From NCBI GenBank assembly GCA_001787005.1, contig MFUV01000004.1, positions 105,770 through 169,769 of the forward strand: 64,000 nucleotides of DNA, read 5' to 3'. Shown here one piece after another: positions 38,131 to 47,996 of this stretch. The notes below the pieces were generated by a model, which saw nothing but the letters and a program-made list of their open reading frames with translations, was not told where the DNA came from and did not search any database. Numbering within the stretch: position 1 is the first letter of the stretch; each line of letters begins with the position of its first letter. The position numbers and the translations under genes were made by a program. Source of the DNA: Candidatus Nomurabacteria bacterium RIFCSPLOWO2_01_FULL_39_18 (GTDB lineage: Bacteria; Patescibacteriota; Minisyncoccia; Phycocordibacterales; UBA9973).

Positions 38131-38173
38131 GAAAAAATACGAGGGGCTCCGGAGGTAGCAGTGTCCGGAGCCC
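38131..38173 (-). terminator. intrinsic terminator inside the cassette (minus sense)
   Basis: GGGCTCCGG-N10-CCGGAGCCC followed by CTCGTATTTTTT on the minus strand. Confidence 0.6.
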
Positions 38174-38226
38174 GATGATAACTTTTTTTTGCCCCGACCT
38201 TCCTTCGGTCGGGGCTGGACGAGAGG

Positions 38227-38286
38227 CTAATAACAGCCTCTTCGCCCTTCGCGGCGCCTTCGGCGCCGCCCCAGGCGGAACCTCAT
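38227..38286 (-). CDS. candidate 19-aa poly-Arg peptide MRFRLGRRRRRREGRRGCY
   Basis: Promoter-like TTGCGT-N16-TATCAT, RBS AAAGGAGGTG 7 nt before the ATG. Confidence 0.3.
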   Translation of the reverse strand: MRFRLGRRRRRREGRRGCY

Positions 38287-38421
38287 CTGGGTACACCTCC
38301 TTTCATTTTTAATGATACCATAGTTGCGCAACTACGCAACTATGGTGTGGAAAAGTCAGTATAATATGAAATAAAAATAGTGATGGGGGCTTGGTCTGTG
38401 TTAGACCTCACCCCCGTAATC

Positions 38422-38589
38422 TCACCGTTTGTGGTTTTGCTCCTTGACGCCCTTTCGGGCGTCCCCCTTAAAGAGGCGACGAATCCACCGTTGCCGGCGG
38501 TCCACCACCCCTTTGTCTCTCGTGGTTTCCTCGTCGTCCCGTACCACGACGGGGCGATGCAACTTTATTCTTGTTGCCAAAACTCTCAT
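38422..38589 (-). CDS. candidate 55-aa basic protein MRVLATRIKLHRPVVVRDDEETTRDKGVVDRRQRWIRRLFKGDARKGVKEQNHKR
   Basis: RBS GAAAGGAGG 7 nt upstream of the ATG; followed by a module-A hairpin plus T-tract. Confidence 0.35.
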   Translation of the reverse strand: MRVLATRIKLHRPVVVRDDEETTRDKGVVDRRQRWIRRLFKGDARKGVKEQNHKR

Positions 38590-38739
38590 GCGAAACCTCC
38601 TTTCACTTAGGAGCTTAAAAGAAATATATATATAAAGCAAGTTCTGGGTGTGGAGAAATACAACCCCTCCAAACCTCCCCTTATCAGGGGAGGTACAAAA
38701 AATCCCCCTGACAAGGGGGACTTAGGGGGTTATTTTTTT

Positions 38740-39597
38740 TTATTTATTCTTTCCAGTTTTCCTGCGAGAGATGATAAATATATTCGAGTATTTTTTGGGT
38801 CCGCGGGTTTTGCGTCCGCCAGTAACTTTGCCCCACATCGTCTTTGGTCTCTTGGTTCCTCTGCCCTGTCTGCCTTCCCCGCCTCCGTATGGATGGTCTA
38901 CTGGGTTCATGGCAGTGCCTCGCACTGTTGGTCGAATTCCTTTCCAGCGGCTCTTGCCGGCCTTGCCGTAATTTTCCAAATGATGCTCTTCGTTTGAGAC
39001 TGTGCCGACAGATGCCCAGCAGTTTTCATTTATTTTTCTTATTTCTGTCGAAGGCATTCTAAGGTTCGAATATCCATCAGCATTGGCAACCACTTGGGCG
39101 AAGATTCCGGCCGAACGCCCGATCTTGGCCCCGCCATTTGGTTTGATTTCGATATTGTAGACGAAAGTTCCAAGTGGAATATTCCGTAATGGCAATCTAT
39201 TACCTGGCGAAAGCGGCGCCTTAGCAGATACGATGAAAGAGTCGCCGGGCTTAATGGATTTTGGCAACACTACATATCTTTTTTCCCCATCTTTATAGAC
39301 AGAGAGCCCGATAAAAGCTGAACGGTTCGGATCATATTCTACTGATTTTATTTTTGCGGGGATTTCTTTCTTGTCATATAGAAAGTCTACGTCTCGGAAA
39401 AGGCGCTTGTGCCCACCGCCTTTGTGCCTCATGGTGATGCGCCCTGCGCTATTGCGCCCCACAGAACGCCTGAAGCCATAAGTCAGAGACTTAGTCGGTC
39501 GAGACTTCGTCAAAACATGACTATAATTTACGTTAGTCATCTGCCTTCTTGATTTGCTTGTGGGTTTGTATGTCTTCATTGTCTCGTGATTAAACAA
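38740..39597 (-). CDS. rplB: 50S ribosomal protein L2
   Basis: 285 aa; GRNSAGRITMRHKGGGHKR. Confidence 0.95.
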   Translation of the reverse strand: MFNHETMKTYKPTSKSRRQMTNVNYSHVLTKSRPTKSLTYGFRRSVGRNSAGRITMRHKGGGHKRLFRDVDFLYDKKEIPAKIKSVEYDPNRSAFIGLSVYKDGEKRYVVLPKSIKPGDSFIVSAKAPLSPGNRLPLRNIPLGTFVYNIEIKPNGGAKIGRSAGIFAQVVANADGYSNLRMPSTEIRKINENCWASVGTVSNEEHHLENYGKAGKSRWKGIRPTVRGTAMNPVDHPYGGGEGRQGRGTKRPKTMWGKVTGGRKTRGPKKYSNIFIISRRKTGKNK

Positions 39598-39859
39598 ACT
39601 CTATTTTATCGCCCTTCTTTAAATAAACTAGGGCTTTCTTGCCCCCTCCTCTCTTGCCGGGCTTGCCTCTCGAAATAATATGCTTTACCGGAACTTTTAA
39701 AACATTTATCTTAATCGGGTGTACTTTGTAAAGGGCAAAAATAGCTTTATCTATTTCTTTTTTGTTGGCAGAAGAAGCTACATCGAAAGTGTAGACATTC
39801 TGCTCCTGCATAAAGGAAGCTTTCTCGGTAACTCTTGGATTTTTGATAATGGTTGTCAT
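39590..39859 (-). CDS. rplW: 50S ribosomal protein L23
   Basis: 89 aa; IIKNPRVTEKASFMQEQNVYTFDV. Confidence 0.9.
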   Translation of the reverse strand: MTTIIKNPRVTEKASFMQEQNVYTFDVASSANKKEIDKAIFALYKVHPIKINVLKVPVKHIISRGKPGKRGGGKKALVYLKKGDKIEFV

Positions 39860-39868
39860 GTTGTTTTT

Positions 39869-39920
39869 TACCCCCTCCTTTCTCCTCCCCCTATATAGGG
39901 GGAGGCTGGGTAGGGGTATT
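39869..39920. repeat. nested palindromic element, intergenic copy (rplD stop / rplW RBS)
   Basis: TACCCCTACCCAGCCTCCCCCTATATAGGGGGAGG..AGGGGGTA (minus sense); supplies AAAGGAGG upstream of the rplW ATG; matches the recG insert. Confidence 0.85.
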
Positions 39921-40575
39921 ACCCTCTCGATTCTAAGAATTTTGCACTTTCTGTGGAGTTTTCTATTATGAGATATTTGTAATTTAAAACGTCTAATGGA
40001 TTTATGTTTTTAATAAATATTATATCTAGGATCGGGATATTTCTAAAGCTCTTTTCTGTGTTTTTATTTCGTTCATACAAAGCCAATAAAATTTTTGGTT
40101 TTCTCGTTTCTAGATTTTTCAAGTTCCCCGCCCTTGCCAGATTTTTCATCACTTCTACCGCAAACTTTGTATTTATTCTTGACATTTCAAGTGAATCAAT
40201 AAAAAGTATTTCGTTGTCTTTCAGCTTACGAGATAGGACTGAGAAGAGCGCCTGCGCGCGCATTTTCTTGGAGATTTTTCTTTTATAATTCTTCTCGGCA
40301 AGCGGACCATGAGTTACGCCTCCGCCAACCCAGATGGGGCTCCTCGAAGAGCCGTGTCGCGCTCGTCCTGTGCCCTTTTGCTTCCAGGGCTTTCTGCCTC
40401 CGCCTCGGACTTCCCCACGGCCTTTCGTGTCAGCAGTGCCTGCGCGCTTGTTACTGCGCATTCCTTCTACCACCTGGTGCACTAAGTCACTGCGCCATTT
40501 AGCACCAAAAACTTTCGGGGACAGTGTGATTGTTCCTGATTCTTTTCCTTTTTGATTATGTATTTTTGCTTCCAT
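39919..40575 (-). CDS. rplD: 50S ribosomal protein L4
   Basis: 218 aa; TKGRGEVRGGGRKPWKQKGTGRAR. Confidence 0.9.
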   Translation of the reverse strand: MEAKIHNQKGKESGTITLSPKVFGAKWRSDLVHQVVEGMRSNKRAGTADTKGRGEVRGGGRKPWKQKGTGRARHGSSRSPIWVGGGVTHGPLAEKNYKRKISKKMRAQALFSVLSRKLKDNEILFIDSLEMSRINTKFAVEVMKNLARAGNLKNLETRKPKILLALYERNKNTEKSFRNIPILDIIFIKNINPLDVLNYKYLIIENSTESAKFLESRG

Positions 40576-40670
40576 CCCGTTAGAAGTAGATCGCGATCAA
40601 CTCGCTTTCCTTATATTTAATGTTCTTAATTTTACTAATGGTTAATTTCATACTTTTTTTATTTTTAAAT
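40568..40670. repeat. MITE-like element copy 2 (inverted repeats ATCCCGTTAGAAGT / ACTTCTAGCGGGAT)
   Basis: The left arm contains the rplD ATG; about 63-nt AT-rich interior; one mismatch versus the 21104-21240 copy. Confidence 0.6.
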
Positions 40671-40699
40671 TGCGATCGCGACTTCTAGCGGGATCCATT

Positions 40700-41323
40700 T
40701 TATCTACTTATTATTTCAACCAAACTTCCACGCTTACCTGCAATTGCTCCCTTTATAAGCATAATGTTGCTTTCCAAGTCAACTAAAACGACTTTCAAAT
40801 TCTTCTGGGTGATGCGGTCTCCGCCCATTCTGCCTGCCATTCGCATGCCCTTCGGAACATGGGTTCGCAGTCCTCCGCCGATGCTTCCTGGCTCTCTTTC
40901 CGAATGCTTCTGACCATGAGTGCGGGGACCGCCATGGAATCCGTGCCGCTTCACAACACCCTGGAAACCCTTACCCTTGGAGACGCTCGTGACCTGCAAA
41001 TTATCTCCTGGGGCAAAAGCTGAAACATTAATTTCATCACCAACTTTCACGTCGCTAGTGTCGGCAGGTTTCAACCTAAATTCCTTGAGAGTCTTAAAAA
41101 GTTTATCGGAAACTAGAGCCATTGTTCCTATCTGGGCTTTATTGATCCTCTGTTTCTTACCTCTCCCGAAACCCAACTGAATTGCATTGTAGCCATCTTT
41201 TGATTTCTCGAAGATTCTCGTCACTGTCACAGGCGGAGTAAAAACTGCGGTTACTGGAACAACCTTGCCGTCTTCGGAAAAATATTCCGTCATATTCTCT
41301 TTTGTTCCTAAGATGAACTTCAT
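40700..41323 (-). CDS. rplC: 50S ribosomal protein L3
   Basis: 207 aa; GFQGVVKRHGF. Confidence 0.9.
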   Translation of the reverse strand: MKFILGTKENMTEYFSEDGKVVPVTAVFTPPVTVTRIFEKSKDGYNAIQLGFGRGKKQRINKAQIGTMALVSDKLFKTLKEFRLKPADTSDVKVGDEINVSAFAPGDNLQVTSVSKGKGFQGVVKRHGFHGGPRTHGQKHSEREPGSIGGGLRTHVPKGMRMAGRMGGDRITQKNLKVVLVDLESNIMLIKGAIAGKRGSLVEIISR

Positions 41324-41338
41324 AAAATCCCTTTATTC

Positions 41339-41767
41339 CTACAACATCTTCACGTCAATATCCACTCCAGAAGGAAGCGACAAATTAGTAAGAGCCTCTA
41401 TTGTCTTAGTATTTGGATTTATAATATCAATCAATCTCTTGTGTACTCGGATCTCGAACTGTTCCCTCGTGTTTTTATAAATAAAGGGAGAACGATTGAC
41501 TGTATATTTTTTTATTTCGGTTGGTAGTGGCACAGGTCCAACAACACTCGCATCATGACGCGCCGCAGTATCCATAATTTGTTTGACAGAGCTATCAAGA
41601 ATCTTGCTCTCATACGCTCGTACACGTATGCGAAGCACTACCTTGCCATCCCCTCCTTCCTTGTTAGATTTCTCTTTTTTCACGGAAATCTTTGGCGGTT
41701 TGGGAGTTTTCGCCACTGTCGCCTTTACTGCTTTGGGCTTTTTCACTTTTATATCTCTTGTTGTCAT
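41339..41767 (-). CDS. rpsJ: 30S ribosomal protein S10 with Lys-rich N-terminal extension
   Basis: KVVLRIRVRAYESKILD...; ATG (MTTRDIK) preferred over the upstream TTG that lies inside the hairpin repeat. Confidence 0.8.
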   Translation of the reverse strand: MTTRDIKVKKPKAVKATVAKTPKPPKISVKKEKSNKEGGDGKVVLRIRVRAYESKILDSSVKQIMDTAARHDASVVGPVPLPTEIKKYTVNRSPFIYKNTREQFEIRVHKRLIDIINPNTKTIEALTNLSLPSGVDIDVKML

Positions 41768-41804
41768 GGATTTATTTAAAAGGACAATTTGGATTTTTCT
41801 CCCC

Positions 41805-41858
41805 AAGGTCTTGCCTTAAGGAACCCAAAGGCAAGACCTTTTCCCGAAAAATTTAACC
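41805..41858. repeat. hairpin AAGGTCTTGCCTT-N10-AAGGCAAGACCTT + TTCCCGAAAAATTTA (copy 2)
   Basis: Overlaps the tuf stop codon; identical stems to 32584-32638. Confidence 0.8.
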
Positions 41859-43046
41859 TAAGATCTTCGTAACCACTCCAGCCCCAACCGTCTTGCCTCC
41901 TTCACGGATAGCGAATCGTTGAGATTCCTCGAGCGCGACAGGAGTAACTAATTTAACTGTAATCTTCACTGTATCTCCAGGCATCACCATCTCTGTTCCA
42001 TCAGCTAGAGTAACGTCACCTGTCACATCTGTCGTTCGAACATAAAACTGCGGCTTATAACCCTTGAAGAAAGGAGTGTGTCGTCCGCCTTCTTCTTTTT
42101 TCAGAACATAAATTTCGCAAGTGAAATTGTCATGCGGAGTTACGGTTCCGGGCTTTGCGAGAACTTGCCCTCGAGTAATATCTTCTTTCTTAAGACCTCG
42201 GAGAAGTATGCCAGCGTTGTCTCCAGCCATTCCTTCTTGCAGATTTTTATTAAACATTTCAATCCCGGTGACTGTGGTCTTTTGAGTTGCCTTAATTCCG
42301 ACAATTTCCACATCTTCGCCGACTTTCACTACGCCTCTTTCGATTTTCCCAGTGACAACAGTCCCGCGACCTTCAATAGAGAAGATATCTTCAACTGGCA
42401 TAAGAAAGGGCTTGGCAATATCGCGGACTGGAATGGGGATGTAAGTGTCGAGCGCATTTACGAGCTCAAGCACTTTCTTCGCCCATTCATCATCAACCGA
42501 CTTTGCTTCAAGGGCCTTTAATCCTGAACCCCTGATAACAGGAGCGCCAGCGCCATCAAAGCCTTGCTTAGTAAGGAGTTCACGTATTTCTTCTTCCACC
42601 AAGTCAATCATGTCTTTATCGTCAACCATGTCGCACTTATTGAGGAAAACGATTATTTTCGGCACGCCAACTTGCTTCGCAAGCAAAACATGTTCACGAG
42701 TTTGAGGCATCGCGCCGTCAGTCGCCGCAACCACAAGAATAGCTCCATCCATTTGAGCCGCACCGGTGATCATGTTCTTGATGTAGTCAGCGTGTCCAGG
42801 AGCATCAATGTGCGCGTAGTGGCGAGCATCGGTCGAATACTCGTTGTGAGAAATATTAATAGTAATTCCGCGAGCCTTTTCTTCTGGAGCATTGTCAATC
42901 TGATCAACACCCCGAAGTCTAACTTGCTTTCCAGCCATGTTTAGCACATGGAGGATTGCCGCAGTTAATGTGGTCTTACCATGGTCAACGTGACCAATAG
43001 TGCCTACGTTAATATGCGGTCGATCTCTTTTAAATTCTTCTGCCAT
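41853..43046 (-). CDS. tuf: elongation factor Tu
   Basis: [21 protein letters not shown] motifs; 397 aa. Confidence 0.97.
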   Translation of the reverse strand: MAEEFKRDRPHINVGTIGHVDHGKTTLTAAILHVLNMAGKQVRLRGVDQIDNAPEEKARGITINISHNEYSTDARHYAHIDAPGHADYIKNMITGAAQMDGAILVVAATDGAMPQTREHVLLAKQVGVPKIIVFLNKCDMVDDKDMIDLVEEEIRELLTKQGFDGAGAPVIRGSGLKALEAKSVDDEWAKKVLELVNALDTYIPIPVRDIAKPFLMPVEDIFSIEGRGTVVTGKIERGVVKVGEDVEIVGIKATQKTTVTGIEMFNKNLQEGMAGDNAGILLRGLKKEDITRGQVLAKPGTVTPHDNFTCEIYVLKKEEGGRHTPFFKGYKPQFYVRTTDVTGDVTLADGTEMVMPGDTVKITVKLVTPVALEESQRFAIREGGKTVGAGVVTKILG

Positions 43047-43288
43047 AATCTTTTTAAGCCCTACCAGTGGCGGGCAAGCTAATAGTTAAGACTCAACGTA
43101 CGAGAACCAGTCGCTAAGGCTTAATTACTAACAATATATTAACTAATAATTGCTATTTGTTTTAAAAACCTCAACCTAAGGCTGATCCGCCTTTGGCGGA
43201 AATAGAAAAACTGCAAAAGTGCAGTTGTTTACATACTAACAAATTAAAAAGGATTGTCAATTAACCCCCATTGTAATAGACTTCAAGT

Positions 43289-43972
43289 ATGAGCATAGGA
43301 GCATTGGGAAGTTTCCCACACATAGAAAAACCTGCAAAAGGTTTAAGCAGGAGGGAAGTCGTGGAGCAAGTTTTTAATAGATACCATAAAAATCTTATTA
43401 ATTGGTGTATATATAAATTAAAAACAAAAAATTTAGGCTTTGACCACCAGAGTGATGCGGAGGAAATAGTCGCAGAAGTTTATGCGACATTGTTAGACGA
43501 GAAAAAAAGTCCTATTGATTTAAATAACCCAAACATTGAAGCATATCTGAACACTGCTTTACAACATGCAATTGGTCACTATATTAGAGAAAAAAATACA
43601 AAAAAGAGAAGACCGGAGGGATTGCTCTTGTCTTTAGAAGAAGTTGAGGATAGGAAAGATATTGCTCCTCAGTTGACACAATATTTTGCTGAACATACAT
43701 CTCAGCATACAAGTGATAAAGAAGAAATGTACGAAAAAATTGAGCAAGCATTAAAAAGATTGGGGAGTAGGAATCCAAAAATGGCTAAGATAATTAAAGA
43801 AAGATATGGATTGGGAAAAACCCAAGTACAGATAGCTGAATCTTATGGTGAAAAAAAACAAAACATACAGTATTTGGAAAAGCAGGCTTTGGGATTTTTG
43901 TATGGTATTATCACCGGCAGAATCATGAGCGATTTATCTATACCAAAAGGGAAAATCAAGAAACAGGGATAG
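43289..43972 (+). CDS. sigma-70 family RNA polymerase sigma factor (ECF-like)
   Basis: Region 2-like VVEQVFNRYHKNLINWCIY and region 4 HTH KTQVQIAESYGEKKQNIQYLEKQAL. Confidence 0.6.
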   Translation: MSIGALGSFPHIEKPAKGLSRREVVEQVFNRYHKNLINWCIYKLKTKNLGFDHQSDAEEIVAEVYATLLDEKKSPIDLNNPNIEAYLNTALQHAIGHYIREKNTKKRRPEGLLLSLEEVEDRKDIAPQLTQYFAEHTSQHTSDKEEMYEKIEQALKRLGSRNPKMAKIIKERYGLGKTQVQIAESYGEKKQNIQYLEKQALGFLYGIITGRIMSDLSIPKGKIKKQG

Positions 43973-43974
43973 TT

Positions 43975-44799
43975 CTAGCTGGTGTATTTTCTTATCTCCT
44001 CACAAAGTTTTTTAGCCTCTGCCTTGGGATTATCGGAGAAAATCACTCCCCGAGAGGAGTTGATGATGAGTCCAAGACCTTCGCTATTCAACCCCGCCTT
44101 CATAACAGCTTTTAGGTCTCCACCTTGCGCCCCTATTCCTGGCACAAGGAAAGTCATGTCGCCTGTAATTTCTCGAATTTTTTTCATCTCTTTGGGATAA
44201 GTTGCGCCAACCACGAGCATGCAATTATTATTTTTATTCCAACTTTTTGAAACTTTTTCTGCCATCACCAGCCAAAGAGCCTTGCCGGCAAGAGCATTCA
44301 AGGGCCAGGAGCGTTGAATATATAAATCTTGAATTTCCTTTGCACCTGGATTGGAAGTACGGCAAAGAAGGATGCAACCTTTGTCTTTCCGATCTAAAAA
44401 GGGTTTCAGCGCTTCACTCCCCAAATATGGATGAAGCGTAATCGCGTCGAAGCCAAACCAATCAAAAAGCGAATCCACATAACCCTGGTTGGTGTTCCCG
44501 ATGTCCGCCCTCTTGCAATCACAAATGGTAAAAATATCTGGATATTTTTTTTGTAGATATTCCATAGTCATTTTTAATTCTTTTATTCCCTTATCCCCAT
44601 GCGCTTCATAAAAAGCAATATTGGGCTTGAACGCGGAGGCGTATTCGTGTGTCTCTTCTATAATCCATTTATTGAATTCAAATTGTGGGAATTCTAATTT
44701 AAAAAATCTTTCAGGAATTTTTGAAATATCCGCATCCAACCCCACGCAAAGAAGAGAATTTATTTTCTTAGCTCTTTTGTTGTATTTATTGATAATCAT
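43975..44799 (-). CDS. pyrF: orotidine 5'-phosphate decarboxylase (type 2)
   Basis: LCVGLDAD...KRADIGNT...VPGIGAQGG. Confidence 0.8.
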   Translation of the reverse strand: MIINKYNKRAKKINSLLCVGLDADISKIPERFFKLEFPQFEFNKWIIEETHEYASAFKPNIAFYEAHGDKGIKELKMTMEYLQKKYPDIFTICDCKRADIGNTNQGYVDSLFDWFGFDAITLHPYLGSEALKPFLDRKDKGCILLCRTSNPGAKEIQDLYIQRSWPLNALAGKALWLVMAEKVSKSWNKNNNCMLVVGATYPKEMKKIREITGDMTFLVPGIGAQGGDLKAVMKAGLNSEGLGLIINSSRGVIFSDNPKAEAKKLCEEIRKYTS

Positions 44800-45416
44800 T
44801 TGGTGTGCTCTTTAAACCAATTTTCGACTTTTTTTAGCTTATCGCCTCTTATCATTCCAAGCTTTTTGACTTCATCAAAAATAGTGGGAAAGGAGCTAAT
44901 GTGGTGTAATTTAACTTTTGCCTTACTAAAGGCATCCCTTGCCTCTGGAAAATCATAACTTACAATCACTAAACAATTTTTTACTTTCGCACCCTCTTTC
45001 CTCAAGTTCTCTACTGCGCGAAGACTACTATCCCCCGTTGTTACTAAGTCTTCAATTAGCAAAACATTTTTATTCAAAACGCTTCCTCCTTCTACCATTC
45101 GCTTTGTCCCATGATCCTTTGCCTTTTTGCGCACAAAAACAGAAGGTATTTTAAGTAGAAACCCTAAGGCTGCACTGTGAGGAATCCCCGCTGCTTCTAC
45201 CCCAGCTATCACATCTAGTTTTATTTTTTCTCTTTTAATAATCTCGGCAAAACTTTGAATGATAATTTGCCATTCATTCGGATGAAATGGTAATTTTCTA
45301 TTGTCTATATATATGGGGGAAACGATGCCAGACTTAAAAGTAATGGGGTTATCAGGCATAAATCCAACAGCTCCGATTTTAAGAAGCGCCTTCGCAACCT
45401 TTTGCTCGGTATTCAT
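44796..45416 (-). CDS. pyrE: orotate phosphoribosyltransferase
   Basis: PRTase motif VLLIEDLVTTGDS; start adjusted to an internal Met. Confidence 0.8.
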   Translation of the reverse strand: MNTEQKVAKALLKIGAVGFMPDNPITFKSGIVSPIYIDNRKLPFHPNEWQIIIQSFAEIIKREKIKLDVIAGVEAAGIPHSAALGFLLKIPSVFVRKKAKDHGTKRMVEGGSVLNKNVLLIEDLVTTGDSSLRAVENLRKEGAKVKNCLVIVSYDFPEARDAFSKAKVKLHHISSFPTIFDEVKKLGMIRGDKLKKVENWFKEHTK

Positions 45417-46528
45417 ACTTTTGATTTTAACCCCTCCTTTATCTCTTTCGCAAGATAGGGATTCCACATTGCTCCTGTTGCGGACATGACAATGTCCGCC
45501 CCGGCATCTCGGTATTCAAAAAAGTCATCGGCATTCATAACTCCTCCCACGCCGATAATGGTATATGAGAAGCTAAGCTCCTCACGAATTTTCTTCAATC
45601 GCCTTACCATTTCGAGCCCAGCCCATTTGATAGCATGCCCGCATACTCCACTCCGCAGTCTGCCCTTGCCGGGCAGGGCTTGATTGCCTTTTTCATCCAC
45701 AATCTCTGCAGAAATAGTATTGATGGCAGAGATGGCTTGTATAATATTTCCAATTTCTTTTACAAAATTTCGCAACATTTCGCCATCTTTAAAATAAGCG
45801 ATTTTTATAATAAGAGGAGTATTACCTACAACTTCCTTTATGGCTTTAGCAACCATCACGCTCCTTTGCGTATCATAACAAAGTAAATTATTCGTGCCTT
45901 CGTTGGGGCAACTTAAGTTGACTTCAACTATTTTAACCCCGGTATTTTTCAAAAACTCGGCAGTTTTTTTAAAATCGTCAATAAAATCATCTACGCTTTG
46001 CATTTCTTTCTTGGTATCTTGGAAGCTCCCAATAACTACCTGACCTTCGCGTGTATTTTTAACTACATTGCCTAAATCTTTTTGCCAGAATTCCGGCTCA
46101 AAAGATGGTACTCCGAATGAGTTTGTAATTGAAAGGGGTTTGTCGTATTCACGACTCGCGATTAGTTTATTGTTTGCTTTTTCCAGAGTTAAGTCACCTT
46201 CAACTTTAACCGATAAAACATTTGGCCACGGATGGCAGGGATACTTAAGACTGCGAACAGTTTTATAAGTAACGATATCAAAACCTTTATCTAGTGCTGC
46301 TTGCACAAAATTACCATTGAGTAATGGTCCCGCCGGAATTCCAAAAGGCGAATTTACTTTAAAACCCAGAAAATCATACCTCTTACCAAGGGGAACCCTT
46401 GGTATTTGTATTCCATCGGCAAAAGCACCAAAAGGACCTTGCTCGAAGTTCTCTTCATATGATTTCCCTGGATCGTAGAATGGGGTAAGAAGCATATTTA
46501 GTATAGTAGCAATAAATCGCCAAAACAA
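45413..46528 (-). CDS. pyrD: dihydroorotate dehydrogenase-family protein
   Basis: FGIPAGPLLNGNFVQAALDKGF, VNLSCPN, IIGVGGV motifs. Confidence 0.7.
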   Translation of the reverse strand: MFWRFIATILNMLLTPFYDPGKSYEENFEQGPFGAFADGIQIPRVPLGKRYDFLGFKVNSPFGIPAGPLLNGNFVQAALDKGFDIVTYKTVRSLKYPCHPWPNVLSVKVEGDLTLEKANNKLIASREYDKPLSITNSFGVPSFEPEFWQKDLGNVVKNTREGQVVIGSFQDTKKEMQSVDDFIDDFKKTAEFLKNTGVKIVEVNLSCPNEGTNNLLCYDTQRSVMVAKAIKEVVGNTPLIIKIAYFKDGEMLRNFVKEIGNIIQAISAINTISAEIVDEKGNQALPGKGRLRSGVCGHAIKWAGLEMVRRLKKIREELSFSYTIIGVGGVMNADDFFEYRDAGADIVMSATGAMWNPYLAKEIKEGLKSKV

Positions 46529-46537
46529 AAACTGTCT

Positions 46538-47575
46538 TTATAGATTCGCTTTCTGCTCTTTTTGTAGAACGGGTAAATAATATTTTTTAGCCAAGCCAAT
46601 TATCCAATCATGCATTTCGGCAATCACATTCCTGTGGCTTGATCCAATTGAATAAATCGCAGGGCAACCAGTTCGGTCCCTTTCGTCTAAGACAAAAGGG
46701 GTTACGCTTGATAAAACTTCTGGTTTTATTTCGATAAGTAGTTCCCCACTGTCAGTCTCTCTGAAATAAAATTTATCTAATTTAAAATCGCTGGCTTCAT
46801 CAGAATCAAGCATGTTGAGATCACTATATTTACTTTCGATGTTTGCAAATAAATGTATGTGGGAGCTTGCTAGGGCATAAATTAAATGTAGAGAGCCATT
46901 GGCTAATTTTTCGAATTTATCAATTGGCATTTTCTCCCTAAACTGATTTTCATAAACCTTGGGCAAGATCTTGATGGTTCCCCATAAAGTATTGATGGCA
47001 GTTAAAATTCCTGAACGTATCTGTGCATGAGGGTCTTTAACCCCTCCAACCCCTCCCTCAAGCATTAGAAGCTTACTATACCTGTCATAGGCCATTGATT
47101 TTAGATCTTCACCCGAAAGATAATCGTATCTCTTTTTTCTCTTATCTTGCTGCCACTCTACTAGCACTCGTTTCATGAAAGTTTTATTGTTATTCATTAA
47201 AAAATTGGCAACGTCTTTGGAATTTTTCAAACTTGATAATAAGAACTTGATTACGGAGTCTGGTAAAAAAACATCCGGCATCGCCACTCTAACCAGACCT
47301 GGAGAATGAGCCTTGATACCCTCAAGTGTCTTTAGCCAAATTTCTTCAATAAATATAGCAAGTAGAGCATTAATTTCGGCTTTCACCCTATTTGGCTTTT
47401 CTAATGATCCAAGATGTTCAGCCGCTTCAAACTCACCCTTCTCAAAACCTTTTTTAATAGGACGAATACCAATTTTATCAACACCTGCTATTGTGTGTAG
47501 ATGATCAATGATTTCCTTGTTCGGTTTTGGCTCACCAGGCATTACCAATATAATAGCAGAAACCAAGGAAATCAA
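46538..47575 (-). CDS. hypothetical protein
   Basis: ORF only. Confidence 0.35.
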   Translation of the reverse strand: MISLVSAIILVMPGEPKPNKEIIDHLHTIAGVDKIGIRPIKKGFEKGEFEAAEHLGSLEKPNRVKAEINALLAIFIEEIWLKTLEGIKAHSPGLVRVAMPDVFLPDSVIKFLLSSLKNSKDVANFLMNNNKTFMKRVLVEWQQDKRKKRYDYLSGEDLKSMAYDRYSKLLMLEGGVGGVKDPHAQIRSGILTAINTLWGTIKILPKVYENQFREKMPIDKFEKLANGSLHLIYALASSHIHLFANIESKYSDLNMLDSDEASDFKLDKFYFRETDSGELLIEIKPEVLSSVTPFVLDERDRTGCPAIYSIGSSHRNVIAEMHDWIIGLAKKYYLPVLQKEQKANL

Positions 47576-47615
47576 AAACTTGGTTTGAAATGATTTTTAT
47601 TACAAAGGTCAGATG

Positions 47616-47996
47616 TTAGGGAATTATATTCAGCCTAGAGCTATTTTCTTTGGACTTTATCAAATTATTTAATCCCTCCGATATATAATGGGTTAAAAGC
47701 CTCTTTCTTGATAATTCTTCCCACTTTTTCTTCCCTGTTTCTCTTGCTGGCTGATCTGCCATTTTCAAGAAACCATCAAATTCATCTAATTCTTTTTTGG
47801 CTTTTTCCATCTCTATCTGCGCTTCTTCTGCTTCGGTCTTCAAATCCTCAAGACCCATATCACTAGTCTCTTTTTTAAGATAATCTTCCACTTCAACTCT
47901 AAATTCTTCAGACTCAGCGTCTAGCCCCGCTTGTCCTGCCCCAATCCTCGCCCCTAGTCTAGCACGATACCGAATATCTGAAAGTGCCCCAGTCAT
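47616..47996 (-). CDS. hypothetical acidic coiled-coil protein
   Basis: ORF only. Confidence 0.35.
   Translation of the reverse strand: MTGALSDIRYRARLGARIGAGQAGLDAESEEFRVEVEDYLKKETSDMGLEDLKTEAEEAQIEMEKAKKELDEFDGFLKMADQPARETGKKKWEELSRKRLLTHYISEGLNNLIKSKENSSRLNIIP

Larger units (their letters stand above)
37707..38739 (-). other. ~1-kb GC-rich cassette inserted between rpsS and rplB: duplicated modules, three tiny basic-peptide ORFs with strong SD sequences, internal promoters and terminators
   Basis: Module A (AAATAGTGATGGGGG...) at 37797-37860 and 38384-38420; module B (CTTAAAAGAAATATATATATAAAGCAAG.TCTGGGTGTG) at 38048-38087 and 38614-38653; RBS GAAAGGAGG precedes the ORFs. Confidence 0.6.

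Noticed and set aside
41768-41806. TTG start giving MGRKIQIVLLNKS N-terminus for rpsJ
   Set aside because: The TTG lies inside the intergenic hairpin repeat. The ATG at MTTRDIK is preferred, though not proven.
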